Shown here in pieces: positions 25,703-38,745 of a stretch of 64,000 nucleotides of DNA (the stretch's first letter is position 1; each line of letters begins with the position of its first letter). This stretch comes from Octopus vulgaris (lineage: Eukaryota). Where the stretch lies: NCBI GenBank assembly GCA_951406725.2, contig OX597814.1:87792001-87856000 (forward strand), given 5' to 3'. Below the pieces are notes generated by a model. It did no database searches and was not told the origin of the DNA. It saw nothing but the letters and a program-made list of their open reading frames with translations. The position numbers and the translations under genes are program-made.

Positions 25703-28700
25703 ATGGCAAATCTTAGAATCGGTTGCTTGAATGTGAGAGGCCTCGGGTCACCTTGGAAACAGGGTCACCTGTTAAACGACCTGAGGTTTCATGATGTGGA
25801 TGTAGCAGCCATCAGTGAAACCAGGCTCTCCGACCCGCAGGAACTCGCAGCCCTTTTCGGCGGATACGAGATATTTCTATCTCCGTGTCGGCCGGGAGCG
25901 GGCGGTGGTGGTACTGCGGTGTTGTTTCGGAAGGGCCTGGACCTGAAAATAAGGACAGTCTTCTTGGATCCGGAAGGTAAGTTGGTGGTCCTCGACGTCG
26001 ACGGTAGTAACGGCGGTGCTTTCAGACTGCTGGCTGCCTACGCTCCGACAGGAGCAGGGCAGTCGGATTATTTCAAACGTCTGGAAGTTTTCCTGGGAAC
26101 GTCACGCACTCTAGTGCTAGTTGGGGATTGGAACGCTGTCTTAGACGAACGTTTCGATCGGGTGGGCAGGGGAGCGTCTGATAGGAGAGGGGCAGGGTGC
26201 AAGAGCCTCGCCAACCTACTCGGCCGCTTTCAGCTGTCCGACAGGTTTCGACTAGACAACCCGAATGTGCCAATGTGGACTTGGACAAACCGCATCGGGT
26301 CGTCTAGATCGTACTTAGATAGAGTGTTTTGTAGGCCAGCGGATAAGGACAGCGTAGGGTGTCCACAATTCCACCTAGTCGAATATACAGACCACAAATT
26401 AGTGATCTGTACGGTCGACTTAGATAGGCTACATAGACAGGGACCCGGCTACTGGAAGCTGAACGCGTCGTTAACGGCGTGCAAAGCTTACAGAGACCGG
26501 ATTAGTTTACTAGTTAAGCGGGCGCTCACGGGGGCAATCATCAACAACAACTGGTGGTTTGCCCTCAAGAGAGCAATTAGAGTAGAGTCGATTAGGTATA
26601 GTAAGGCTCTAGCTATTGAACGTAGGAAGAGAGAGCGGGATTTAGTTAAGAAACTAGACGAGGCTCTTGACACTGGCATCGCGACCGACGTGTTGGCGGC
26701 AAGGTTGGCCCTCGACCAACACTTCGATGCCAAACACGAAGGCTGCGTTGTCAGAGCTAAGGCACGTTCGCTAAGCGGGGAGGGGACTAGAGCCGCTCGA
26801 TGGGCCCGCGTGGCGGAGGCGAAGCGAGGCAACAGAGCAACCATTCGGTCTTTGGTGGACCAGAACGGGCGCGAGGTTACCGAACCGAAGCAGATGTGTA
26901 CGGTGCTTCAGCGGCACTTTGCTCAACTGTTTGGGACGAGCGGTGGAACGGACACCAACGGTACAGACTTCGGTGTGTACCTGGACGACCTACCGCAACT
27001 CTCGGACAGCGAGGCAGAGTGCTGCGAAGGACCGATATCTGCCTGGGAAGTACAGGAAGCGATGAAGAGTTGCACGAGAGGTAGATCGCCGGGTTTGGAT
27101 GGTCTGCCCTACGAGCTTTACTTTTCAATGCCAGACTTGTTTGCGGACCTGTTGGCAAACGTCTACTGCAACTGGCAGCAAAACGGGAGAATTCCTGCTT
27201 TTGTCTGTCGAGGGGTGGTGGCTTTGCTAAAGAAGGACCCAAACAAGGGGGACGTTATAGGGAATTTCCGGCCCATCACTCTGCTCAATGCAGAGTTGAA
27301 GATTTTGGCCAAGGTGCTAGCCAAGAGATTGGCGCTTGTCGTGGACAAGCTGGTCGGCAAGACGCAGACATGCGCTGTGCCGACCAGGTCGATACACGAC
27401 AACCTCCATCTCATGCGCTACATCATAGAGAGGGTGGGTAACGACGCTGGCGCGGGTGGGGCTTTGATCAATTTGGATCAGAGTAAAGCCTTCGATAGGG
27501 TCGACCATCGGTACCTGGCAGCTGTCCTCAAGGCAGCCGGCTTCGGTCCAGTCTTCCGCGGGTGGATAGCTGCTTTATACAGCAACATCTGCTCGGTGAT
27601 ACGGGTGAACGGTCACCTTTCGGAACCGTTCGACATCTCGCGTTCGGTCCGCCAAGGATGCCCTCTCTCCTCCCTCTTGTACATTTTGACTCTCGAGCCA
27701 TTACTGCGCAAGTTGGAGGCTTTGAGGGGTATCCCGCGCGATCTAGGAGGCGGAAACAGCGTGTCTGCTTATGCCGACGACGTCACCGTGGTGGTGTCGA
27801 GCCACAGGCACATTGGCCTGATTGGCGAGACGCTAAACCAGTACGAAGCGGTGACAGGAGCAAAGATTAACGCGGAAAAGTCTGTGGGCTTGCAACTGGG
27901 CACCTGGAGAGGCAAGCCCATGCCGTCCAACAGCGTCGTAGGGCGCTGGACAGACGGACCCGTTAAACTGCTCGGGGTCTGGTTCGGTCCGGACCTCCAG
28001 GTGGATAAGAACTGGGAAGAGGTGACGAGCAGGGTGGCACGTCTCACCCAGAAATGGGCCGAGAGGAAGCTGTCCCTGAAAGGTCAAGCGGAGGTGGCGA
28101 ATGCGTACATCGCATCCGTCATCTATTACCGCTTGACCGTCGTCCCTTGTCCCGACCGCTGGTTGGCCAAGCTGGTACGCCTGCTCTTCGACTTTTTGTG
28201 GAAGGGTCAGGTGCCACTGGTCAGGCGATCCATCTGCTGTCAACGACCGCTGAACGGAGGCCTTGGAATGCCGTGGTTGCTGTTGCGCAGACATGCGCTC
28301 AGGCTGCGGCATCTCAAGCGCTTCCTAGACGGTGAACAGGTGTGGTCGTCTTTTGTCAGACGCGATTTTCCGCAGCTCGTCTCTTTGACGGAGCTGCAGA
28401 CCTGGATCAAACGTAGACCGAGAAAGGGCGCTTGGCACCTCGAGTGCCGTCAAGCCCTCTCCGCCCTCCGCCAGGCGGGCAATGCGATCGGTTACAGCTC
28501 CACTCTAGCGTTCTATAGAGGGTTAGTGGAGGAAAAATGCGACGACGTTCTCGGGGAAACTCTAGGCGTTGAAGATGACGAACTGTGCGGTCTGTTCGGG
28601 AGGACTTTCGGGCCGGGGCCGATGGATAATTTCCAGAGGTCTCTCGCCTGGCAGTGCTACCGAGGGGCTCTGCCTGTTCGAGATAAACTCTACCGGCACG

Positions 28701-29137
28701 GAAGTGCCGTCAGCCGGGCCTGCCCGAGGTGTTGCCAGGACGACGAAACCGTTCTGCACGCACTTGTTCAGTGCCCGAGTATTGCTGAAATATGGGTTTA
28801 TGTCGAACAGCTACTGTCACGTGTAGGACGGATCCGACTATCGGCCGAATCCATAGTGAAGATTGCCCCGCCGACCTCCTTTAACAAGGAGGGCGAGGCC
28901 GTTTTCTTGTGCCTAGTGGCTGTGGCGAAAGAGGTCGTGTGGTGGACTCGTTTGAAAGGGCTAAAGACAGACACTTTCCTCTTTGGTCAAGGCCTCATCA
29001 ACTTTTTCAAGTTTCACTTGAAAAGGAAGATGAGGTTAGAGAGGAAAGTGCTGTCCGATAGCAAGTTTTATGAAAGGTGGGTGAATTGTGCGAGACTGGC
29101 CTGTATAAATGGACCAGTTCTCAGGTTTCGCCTGTGA
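25703..29137 (+). CDS. ORF2 polyprotein: APE endonuclease + reverse transcriptase + C-terminal zinc finger (1144 aa)
   Basis: APE motifs LNVRGL, SETRL, GDWN, YLDRVF, TDH; GPGYWKLN linker typical of Tx1/L1; RT motifs SPGLDG, FRPITLLN, DQSKAFDRVDH, RQGCPLS, YADD; C-terminal CPRC-x8-H-x4-C. No stops. Confidence 0.96.
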   Translation: MANLRIGCLNVRGLGSPWKQGHLLNDLRFHDVDVAAISETRLSDPQELAALFGGYEIFLSPCRPGAGGGGTAVLFRKGLDLKIRTVFLDPEGKLVVLDVDGSNGGAFRLLAAYAPTGAGQSDYFKRLEVFLGTSRTLVLVGDWNAVLDERFDRVGRGASDRRGAGCKSLANLLGRFQLSDRFRLDNPNVPMWTWTNRIGSSRSYLDRVFCRPADKDSVGCPQFHLVEYTDHKLVICTVDLDRLHRQGPGYWKLNASLTACKAYRDRISLLVKRALTGAIINNNWWFALKRAIRVESIRYSKALAIERRKRERDLVKKLDEALDTGIATDVLAARLALDQHFDAKHEGCVVRAKARSLSGEGTRAARWARVAEAKRGNRATIRSLVDQNGREVTEPKQMCTVLQRHFAQLFGTSGGTDTNGTDFGVYLDDLPQLSDSEAECCEGPISAWEVQEAMKSCTRGRSPGLDGLPYELYFSMPDLFADLLANVYCNWQQNGRIPAFVCRGVVALLKKDPNKGDVIGNFRPITLLNAELKILAKVLAKRLALVVDKLVGKTQTCAVPTRSIHDNLHLMRYIIERVGNDAGAGGALINLDQSKAFDRVDHRYLAAVLKAAGFGPVFRGWIAALYSNICSVIRVNGHLSEPFDISRSVRQGCPLSSLLYILTLEPLLRKLEALRGIPRDLGGGNSVSAYADDVTVVVSSHRHIGLIGETLNQYEAVTGAKINAEKSVGLQLGTWRGKPMPSNSVVGRWTDGPVKLLGVWFGPDLQVDKNWEEVTSRVARLTQKWAERKLSLKGQAEVANAYIASVIYYRLTVVPCPDRWLAKLVRLLFDFLWKGQVPLVRRSICCQRPLNGGLGMPWLLLRRHALRLRHLKRFLDGEQVWSSFVRRDFPQLVSLTELQTWIKRRPRKGAWHLECRQALSALRQAGNAIGYSSTLAFYRGLVEEKCDDVLGETLGVEDDELCGLFGRTFGPGPMDNFQRSLAWQCYRGALPVRDKLYRHGSAVSRACPRCCQDDETVLHALVQCPSIAEIWVYVEQLLSRVGRIRLSAESIVKIAPPTSFNKEGEAVFLCLVAVAKEVVWWTRLKGLKTDTFLFGQGLINFFKFHLKRKMRLERKVLSDSKFYERWVNCARLACINGPVLRFRL

Positions 29138-29685
29138 TTTCAAAAAGGTAATGTAAAAGGAGAAAAAAAGGGGACTCTCTACACCCCCTTTTTAGACCAG
29201 GCTCCCGTTGGCTTTTGTAGGGTTTTTTCCACCAGGAACCTTTCGAAACGTCTCCCCCTTTTGGGAGTTTTTCATTGTTTTAATAATCATTGTTATAAAG
29301 TTTTTTACACGGATTTTTTAACAAACGGACAAAACCCTTTGTAACCTTTCGTCCTGTCTTGTCCCTTTATGTAATCATGCGTGTCAGCCCTTGTGGCCAA
29401 TAAAAAAGAATTGATTATTATTATTATTATTATTATTAACACTAAAAGTAAAAAACAAAATGATTTGCAAGGAAAGAGTATGTTAAAAAAGTGTTTCTCT
29501 GCTTTTTTAAAAATACTAGTTCTATAGGTATAGGTATGGCTGTGAGGTAAGAAGCTTGCATCCCAACCACATGGTTCAGTACTGTGTGGCACTTTGGGCA
29601 AGCCTCTTCTACTATAGTCATGGGCTAACCAAAGTTTTGTGAGTGGATTTGGTAGACAGAAAATAAGTGTGTGTGTGTGTGTGTA

Positions 29686-29719
<34 letters not shown>

Positions 29720-29722
<3 letters not shown>

Positions 29723-31533
29723 TAAAGGTGACGCTTTACATACAAATAATTACAGAGGTATCAAGTTGTTGGATCAGGTAATGAAGGTCATGGAGAGGGT
29801 TATAGCCCAACTAATTAGGGAGAGATTCAGTTTAGATGACATGCAGTGTGGGGTTCATGTCAGGAAAAAGCACCACCAATGCTATATTTCTGGTAAGACA
29901 GCTGCAGGAGAAATACCTACCCAAAGATAAACCTCTGTACCTGGCTTTCGTTGACATGGAGAAAGCCTTTGACAGGGTCCCCCAATCCCTTATCTGGTGG
30001 TCAATGAGGAAACTAGGGATAAATGAATGGTTAGTGAGAGCTGTGCAAGCCATGTACAGGGATACTGTCAGTAAGATGAGAGTTGGCAACGAATACAGTG
30101 AAGAATTCCGGGTAGAAATAGGGGTCCACCAAGGTTCGTCCTCAGCCTCCTCCTATTTATCATAGTCCTCCAGGCAACAACAGAGGAATTCAAGACAGGA
30201 TGCCCCTGGAGCTCCTCTATGCTGACAACCTTGCTCTAATTGCTGAGTCACTATCAGAACTGGAGGAGAAGTTTCAGGTGTGGAAACAAGGATTAGAATT
30301 GAAAGGGCCTTAGAGTCAACCTAATTAAAACCAAAGTCCTAATAAGTAGGAAGGCAGGCAAACCACAAATCCCTTCGGGTAGATGGTCCTTCTCGATCTG
30401 TAGAAAACGTGTGGGTAGAAACTTTATAAGATATACCCAGTGTAAGCTATGGACACATAAGAGGTGCAGCAATATCAAAGGAAGGCTAACTGGGAAGACA
30501 GTTTTATATGTGGCAGATGCTCAGGAGCAACAAACACTGAAAATGTGCAGAGAACAACTTCTGCCACATTCCAGGGAGAAAAACTAGAAGTAGTTGATAG
30601 CTTCCATTACCTAGGTGACCAAGTCAGTAGCGGAGGAGGGTGCACTGAAAGTGTAGCTGCTAGAATAAGAATAGCCTGGGCAAAGTTCAGAGAGCTCTTA
30701 CCTCTGCTGGTGACAAAGGGCCTCTTGCTCAGAGTAAAAGGTAGACTGTATGACGCATGTGTACGAACAGCCATCCTACATGGCAGTGAAATATGGGCCA
30801 TGACTGCTGAGGACATGCGTAAGCTCGCAAGGAATGACGCCAGTATGCTTCGATGGATGTGTAATGTCAGTGTGCATACTTGACAGAGTGTAAGAACCTT
30901 GAGAGAAAAGTTGGACCTAAGAAGCATCAGATGTGGTGTGCAAGAGAGACGACTGAGCTGGTATGGTCGTGGCGAGAATGGATAAGGATAGCTGTGTGAA
31001 AAAGTGCCACACCCTAGAGGCTGAGGAAACCTGTGGAAGAGGTAGACCCAGGGAGACCTGGGATGAAGTGGTGAAGCACGACCTTCGAACATTAGGCCTT
31101 ACTGAGGCAATGACTAGCAACTGAGACCTTTAGAAATATGATGTGCTTGAGAAGACCCAGCAAGCCAAGTGTGACCATAACCTCATGGCCTATGCCAGGG
31201 GTGTAACCAGCCCACTTATGCATACCTATCCTTCATTGGACACTAAACTCTGCTTGCAAAGACCTGTTGAGGCAAGTGAAATTGAAATCAAAGTGCTAAG
31301 AGCACCATCCAAGCGTGATCATTACCAGAGCAGCTAACTGGCTTCCATGCCGGTAGCACGTAAAAGCACCCATTACACTCCCAGAGTGGTTGGCATTATG
31401 AAGGGTATCCAGCTGTAGAAGCTCTGCCAGATCAGATTGGAGCCTGGTGCAGCCATCTGGTTTGCCAGTCCTCAGTCAATTGTTGAACCCATGCTAGCAC
31501 GGAAAGTGAACGTATGATGATGATGATGATGAT
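29720..31533 (+). mobile_element. 5'-truncated RTE-clade LINE (frameshifted RT, 3' UTR, (GAT)n tail) inserted in the TA tract of a SINE
   Basis: NYRGIKLL, DMEKAFDRVP, GVHQGS, YADN, LHGSEIW, GRPRETW; ends in gatgatgatgat. SINE halves lie at 29526-29719 and 31550-31770. Confidence 0.9.
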
Positions 31534-34500
31534 AATATATATATATCTGCACGTGTGTGTGTGTGTGTCTGTCTGCCCCCTACCACTGGTTGACAACTGG
31601 TGTTGGTGTGTTTACATCCCCATAACCTGGCAGTTCAGCAACAGAGACCAATAGAATAAGTATCAGGCTTAACAAAATACACAAAAACAAAATACTGGGG
31701 TTAATTCATTCGACTAAAAAAATTGTTCAAGATGGTGCCCCAGCATGGCCACAGCATAATGACTGAGAAAAGATATGCAGTAAAATGTATCTTTTGACTC
31801 CTAATTGTAGAATTAAAATAATCTGAGGCAACTAAATTCTAATCATATTTAATAAAAATTTATAGCTTTATAATTTTTGTATATTGTGATTAGGAAATCA
31901 GCTATGTTCATCAGTATTGAAAATGCTGATTTTTGCCAAGTCAAAGCTAATACATGATGTAAGATGAGCAGAGCTATCTGAGTAATAACCAGATGTCCCA
32001 ACACATACATGATGCATCTGATTAAACAACTGAAACTGCTTTCTTGCACATAACCCTATGGTAAAACAGATGCTTAGTGATATGATGAACACCTAAAAGA
32101 CAAATTCTGAACTGAACATTTTGGAATTTAAGGAGAAAACAAGCAATTTTGTACTTGAAATTCAGGTTTACAATTATTGTGTGTTGACATAAAGACTGTA
32201 ACATTTAAGTTTCTCTCAAAAGACAATCCAGGCAAGAAATTTCCAAGCTAGAAGAAAATCTGGTTTAATTTAATAATCAAATTTAATCTGAAGTCCATTG
32301 ATAGGTGATTAATGTTATTCTACTGCATTAAGCTGGCAGAATCATTAGCATGCCAGTCACCATGCTTAGTGGTATTTTGTCTGTCGTTATGTTCTGAGTT
32401 CACATTCCACTGAAGTCGACTTTCCTTTCATCTTTTTGGGGTCGGTAAAATAAATACCAGTGGAGCACTAGGGTTGATAAAGTAAGTACTAGTGGAGCAC
32501 TGGGGGTCAATATATTTAACTTAACCCCTCCCCTGAAATTACTGGCCAGGTGCCAAAAATTGAAAGCAATATTATTCCATTGTGGAAAGGCATCCAGCTG
32601 TAACAACCATTCTGAAACAGACACAGAAGTCTGGTGCAGGCTCCTGCCTGGCCAGTTCCTATCAAACTGTCCAACCCATGCCAGCATGAAAGGCAGACAT
32701 TAGACATTAAACGATGATGATGATTTAACTACTTTTCTTTAGAGTTTAATTGTAATTTTTTACATGTACTGTTGCTAAAAGAACAAGTAAATTTCAAATT
32801 TCCCCTCAAAGTGTGGGGTTTTACATTGTTCAGAATAAATCATGAATTAGAGGGTGGTACTGCTGTGCAACAGAAAGACCTGCTAAATCTAGAATTTGGT
32901 CTGGATTACTAGTGCTGCTTTGAATCATATATTAATAACCAATGAAAAGATTTTAATGTCATAACTTTGCATTTCTTGTCAATTTTATAACAAAAAGAAT
33001 TTTGACCATGAGAGAAATATTTATACTAATTTTAAAATCTCTTAAATCAGAGTAAACATTTTTGAAAAAAATATCTTTAACCAGTCCATAAGCATATTAG
33101 AAAGCTTGCCTAATGTGCTAGTTTCATTTAACTCTTCTGTAACCAAATTTCTAATAAAATACACTATTTGTGCATTTTAATTAATTGGAAATTAAAAGTT
33201 TGAAGAGATTTGATAAAATAACCTTTTTCACTATTAAATATAAAATATAATTAATAAAAATTTGTACATAACTTATGATGGAAGAATGTTAATTTTGACA
33301 TAAACACTTTAATGTGAGTTTTGTATTAGTCTCAGAGGTGCTGGTGCCAAAAGGGTTTAAAAAGAGCCAAAGCTTGGGGAACTTTTTTTTTTAGAAATTA
33401 TGCATATCTTTTTTAAAGTTTATGAAAAATCGGTAGTGTTTAAATTTGTTAACTCTCCATTAACACTATTTTGTTTTTTAAACTTCTGTGTCTAAGCCAA
33501 GTGAAAAAGCTTTTTTGTTTCAAGGTATGTTCAATTTATTTCTATCAAGATTACAACAGTTAAATTTATTGTTTCCATGAATTAGCAACATAAAGACAAA
33601 AACAGCAACAACAAAAAACTTGTGACATATTTTACCAGTTAACTAATGCAATAATTTAGTACTTGGCTTGTATAACTAAAAACATTCTAATAAATGTAAT
33701 TGTCTATTTTCAATTGTTATATCCATTTCTTTCAAAAGGCAATTTACTACAAGTTGTAACATTAGAGAGGTATCCTATAAAGGTATGATTCTATGCTACA
33801 ACAATTTCATTTAAATTAGAGAGTTAATGGAATGCTTTTATCAACCAGTAGTTTAACATAGAGGCATAAAAATTTAAAGAGAACAATACCATAATCTGAT
33901 CATTTTTAAGAGGATTAATTGTAGAACACTAAGCAAATATGCAACTTACAAGTCAGTTATCATCATCATTGTCCACTTTATGTTTGCATGAGTTGGATGA
34001 AACTTTCTGAGACAGATTTTTTTTTTTTACAGGGAGATGCCCTTCCTACTGCCAACTTTCACCTGTTTCCAAGTATTGTAATATTTCTTCATGACCAGAC
34101 ATGACCGAAACTATAATTACTATTACGTTTACAAATATTGTCATCATAGTTAGACAGTTCTGTATAAATGCACAATTCCAAGATGCTCTGTTATAAATCA
34201 ACTCATTGATAATGGCATCAATTTCCAAGTTCACTCTAATTAATCCCATTCAATTATTCTCCGACCTGTCATTCTGTATATTACAGTACTCCCCCACATT
34301 AACATAACAAGCTGGATATCATTTTCACATTGAATATCCATAAAATAATACTCAGCTCCTTCCACTCCATTTGTTTTATAACCTCTACTTTCACTGCTCA
34401 AGTTTTGCTGCTAAACAGCAACACAAGTTCAACAACTGCATTACACAGTCTCTTTCAAACAGAGGAAAAATATTAGTTTGCCATAATAAAAGGCAACGGA

Positions 34501-37500
34501 TTCTTTACTTTCTTCCACTCACTTCATATTCTAGACATTATTAACAAAGCAGCTTTCTTCAGAATTTAGTAACAAAACACTTAATAAAAAATGATTTAAT
34601 ACGATACTTCTATAAACGAGAACTGAAATTAATATTCATTTAAGTTAGAAACAGTTCTACAATGAATTTAAGAGTCAATATTCCCTGAACTTATATATTG
34701 TTATTTATTTTCTATGAAGACTTTAAAATTAGCATAATTTAACTAGTCACTTTTTTTTAAATTCCAAAATATTTTAAAATAAATCACAGATAATACTTGT
34801 GGGCGAGCATGAATTATTCATAATACACAACGGAAAATTTAGACTATACAGAACACTGAATAAAAACATGAGCTTGTAATTTATTGAAATTATATTGTCA
34901 CACTTGCATAAAAGTTGCAAATGTCATAAGTTTGAAAGGATATATTTATTCCAAAGACATCACAGTTAGCTAATCAGAATAAAGAAATTAAACATAACAT
35001 TAACCACTCACTAGTGTTATTCAAAATTAGGCAAATGTCAGTCAATTCAAACAAACTAGTTTTGTCTTCTATTTTCAGAGAGAGAGAGGGAGAGAGAAAG
35101 AGATAGATAGATAGATAGCGAGAGATTGATTTAGAATTACTAGAATATACAGGAATTTCAAATTTTGTCAAAGATGAAATATAATTTGAAAATTCCAAAC
35201 CCCAAAATTAACTTAAGTTCTTAATAAATAGATGGAAACATGATATCAGACTATAAACACTGAATTCAAATATTATTGAGAATCACTTTAGCTTTCATCT
35301 CTTCAGGGTCAATAGCATAAGAAGCAATAATGTATAGTGGGGTGAGTCAACTGACTATACACCCTGTCATAAATTTGCAGTCTTATGACATTGTAACAAA
35401 TCAATAAATGAAGAAAAAAAAAAGAAATAACAGAAGAGTGGATTAGATACTCTTCAATATTTGGTTTCTATTTGTTTCAAAGTTTAAATACATGTATAAG
35501 TATGTCTTACCTTCTTATAAAGTGGATTAAAAGAGTGCAAGTTTTATAATGGTGCTTATTTAACTGTTCATGTACACTTTTCTCTGTATCCAGTTAAAAG
35601 GAAGGTGTTAATAATTACAATGCATTTCTCAACACACCTACTATCTAGGTGATCTTAGTATGGAATTGTGTGATCAGTAAGTAGTCTTAGTGCAATGCCC
35701 CAAAGAAATGATTATGAGGAAACACTCCTAGAAATTGTGATGTACTTACTTACTGCAGTACAGGTAAGTGCAAAATAATAAATCTGCCCACTTCTGTCCA
35801 ATCCTACATCTTATGATTATGAATAAGACACTATATATTTCTACTAATTCAATATTTATTCTTTCATATGGTATGTTTACTAAATTACCTGGGTTTGAAG
35901 TCTGTATGAAGACTGAAGACTCTTATATACATAATCACATTGCTGCAAAAGAACAATGATTACAGCTGAAGGTAATTATCAGGTATAGTAATCTAAAAAC
36001 AAATTAAGTATATGTTGTAGTGACAGTTATACAGTTTATGAACAATAAACTAAATTTTGTAGCACATCCTATTAACATTTTACACAGAGTATTCTTGAGA
36101 GTTTTGAGGAAATTAAAAAGGAAATGAGACATGGTAAATATGAATGTTATCTAAAGCTAAATAACAGGATTTCCATGAGAGAGGGAAAAAGCAAAAAAAT
36201 AAAGCTATGAAGGGCGTTTCTTTCCTAAGTATATAAAATATAAAAGTGGTTTCAAAATTTACTTGAGAGAAACTGTATAAGAAAACTGATTGCACATGAA
36301 GAAGCACTGAGCATCAAGTTAATATCTGTTAAGTGCTTCCTTTGTAAGGTTGGGATTATTGTTATCATGGAAATTTCATTCCAAAGTACTTAGAATACAA
36401 AGGGTTTGATTATATATTTGACTAATACTATAGAAAATAATTGCATTCATATTCACATGAAGAGGCACTGAACTTCATGTTTATCTATCACAAGAACTTG
36501 ATATGTGACCTTCATCATATGAAAAATCTGTAAAAATTGAGTTAAAAATAGCTGTAAACTTGCATGAAGTTTGTTTTCTAAGTACTTCAAATACAAATGT
36601 AGTTTTGTAACTGAAAAGTATCACAGTGGAGAGTAGACATGTAGAGTAGAAGAGAAATGTTCTAACACATCTTTCTATGAAGAACTGAACTTCAAATTTA
36701 TATCTAATGCTAAGTACTTGATTATTATCAGTAGTAGTAACAATAAAGAATATGGTTTAGATATATATAAGATGAAAAATCTGTAAATAGTGAAGTGAAT
36801 CATCGATTAGCCTCTTTACATTGGACAGTAAATCTGAGATATTCAACAACAGTCCTAAGATATATTGAAATCGACAAGAGCATTTGTTAAAATACTGAGC
36901 TAACAATATCAACAAATGGGATTTTTGCCCTTTCAACACACAAGTTTAAGATTACTAGAATGCTAGTTTAGATCGAAAAAAAAATTTGTATTTTAACCAA
37001 GACTAGAAGAATCAGCAATCCTGCTCCTGTATTGAATTGAAAAATACAAGCAGGTATCCTCTAAATTACTATAAATGTACTTTTAGTTCTCAGAAGGCTT
37101 TGTTTCCGATAATATCTCTATTAGTAAAGAAAACGTGAGAACCAGTAGTAAGGAACTTATTAATGCGGTGAATGAAAATATCATTGTTTATTACATATTC
37201 ATAAAATATCAAATTTCCTTAAGCAGGGTACAATCGAATCGAAGTAAAATTTTAATTTGATATATGTTCTTATATAGTCAATGAGTGAGACATCCAAAGT
37301 CGGATGGGATACAAGATTTTGATGATTTGGCAATCATCTCTTAGGAAATGCAGAGGAAGGAGAAAATTTGCTGATATTTGAGAAGAGAATGAATACATAC
37401 ATATACAAACAAGAACATAAAGAATACAGCACACACAAACACAGCAATCCAAAGTTGTGAAGGACAGAAGTTGTATAACTTTGAAGTATGATGCAGATAT

Positions 37501-38400
37501 TGAGTATATAATAATCATTCTTATGTTTCCTTCCTGAAATAACGAATCAGTCACAATATACTTCTAAATAAGCAATCATTCTGAAAAAGTAATTGAAAGT
37601 AAATGCAACACAGAGGAAACGACTTCGGTAAAACAGGAAGGGTCCAATTATGTTTAGATTCCATAAATTGCCGTTATTATGTATTTCAAGAATAGTTGAG
37701 TTGCAAAGTGATGATGTCAAGTCAAGGTCTTGAAGAAAGTAGCAACAAGAAGTTGTTTGTATTTCGGTAACATTTTTTAACAAATAATTTAGTGGAATTT
37801 CACAGACGCCTATACGAAACTATAAGGATAGGGGTTATAAATCTATCACCAGAATTCTTTATTAAAAAATGTAGCTTTTCTAGAATTTCAGTGGAATTTC
37901 GTCGACAACGATACGAACAATTAAAGGATTATAAATCTATTAACATTAGCTTCACTAAAATTTCAGCAGCATCTTAAATCAAATGCTTCAAGGAACGAAA
38001 AAGGGAAAATAATTTGCCGATAAAGACTTTGCTAGTGAAGAACACACGCCACGCATAAAAACTCTAATAATGAAGAAATCACACACAAATAAAGCAATCC
38101 AAAGCGAAGAAGTTGGGAAAGACAAAAGTTGTATAACTTTGAAGAGTGATGCAGATGCTGGGACTTGAATGTTAAGAGTGATGGAGAGAGAGGGGGACAG
38201 AGATTACAGAGAGGTGAGGGAAGAATTGTCACCAGTAGCGCTGGGACAGTTAATCATCGATACTTTATAAAGATATCGTAAGCAACACAGATAACTAACA
38301 CAACACACTATAACTGAAATTCAGAATTTAAGAATCTAAAACATATGCAGTAAAGAACGAATAAAAACAGTTCTTAAGAATGGAAATTTGTATTAAAAAT

Positions 38401-38745
38401 ACTTACATGAGGCAACTCTACGATCATACGTGTATTTATATATTTATATATACATAAATATTTTGTGTATATATTTCAAATAAACATATATACGGGCTGA
38501 GTTTTTTTTTTTGTCTTTTAAAAAAATATGCTGAATTTTTGTTAGAGAAATTCGTTCATGTCAAATCACAGCAGCCGTCTATTTAATAAGGTTGATATTG
38601 GAGAGAATTACGGCGTCTAGTCTAAGCAGAACACTTAATATGGCGATGCGGCTGATGTACCGGATGTGATGGCAAGGAGGCAGGGGTGTTGACTTATATG
38701 TTATAAGAACATCTATGTGTCCGTGAGCTGTGAGTGACGTATACG
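38401..38745 (-). promoter_or_regulatory. Candidate promoter / first exon of a host gene
   Basis: Non-repetitive CpG-containing patch with ATGGCG (YY1-like), CCGGATGT (ETS-like) and TGACGT motifs; minus-strand GTAAGT donor at 38401-38406; close to the CpG-depletion boundary. Confidence 0.35.

Larger units (their letters stand above)
23640..29412 (+). mobile_element. Near full-length Tx1/L1-clade non-LTR retrotransposon
   Basis: 5' UTR, gag-like ORF1 remnants, intact ORF2, 3' UTR with AATAAA at 29399-29404. Flanked on both sides by (ATT)n (23613-23639 and 29414-29437). Much more GC- and CpG-rich than the flanks. Confidence 0.93.

Noticed and set aside
26073-28826. Many overlapping and antisense ORFs within the Tx1 ORF2
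   Set aside because: Expected shadow ORFs of GC-rich coding DNA; no recognisable motifs.
25703-29137. GC-rich island as possible bacterial RT, contamination or horizontal transfer
   Set aside because: The APE-RT-zinc finger layout with an upstream CCHC ORF1 is a standard eukaryotic LINE; recent insertion explains the composition.
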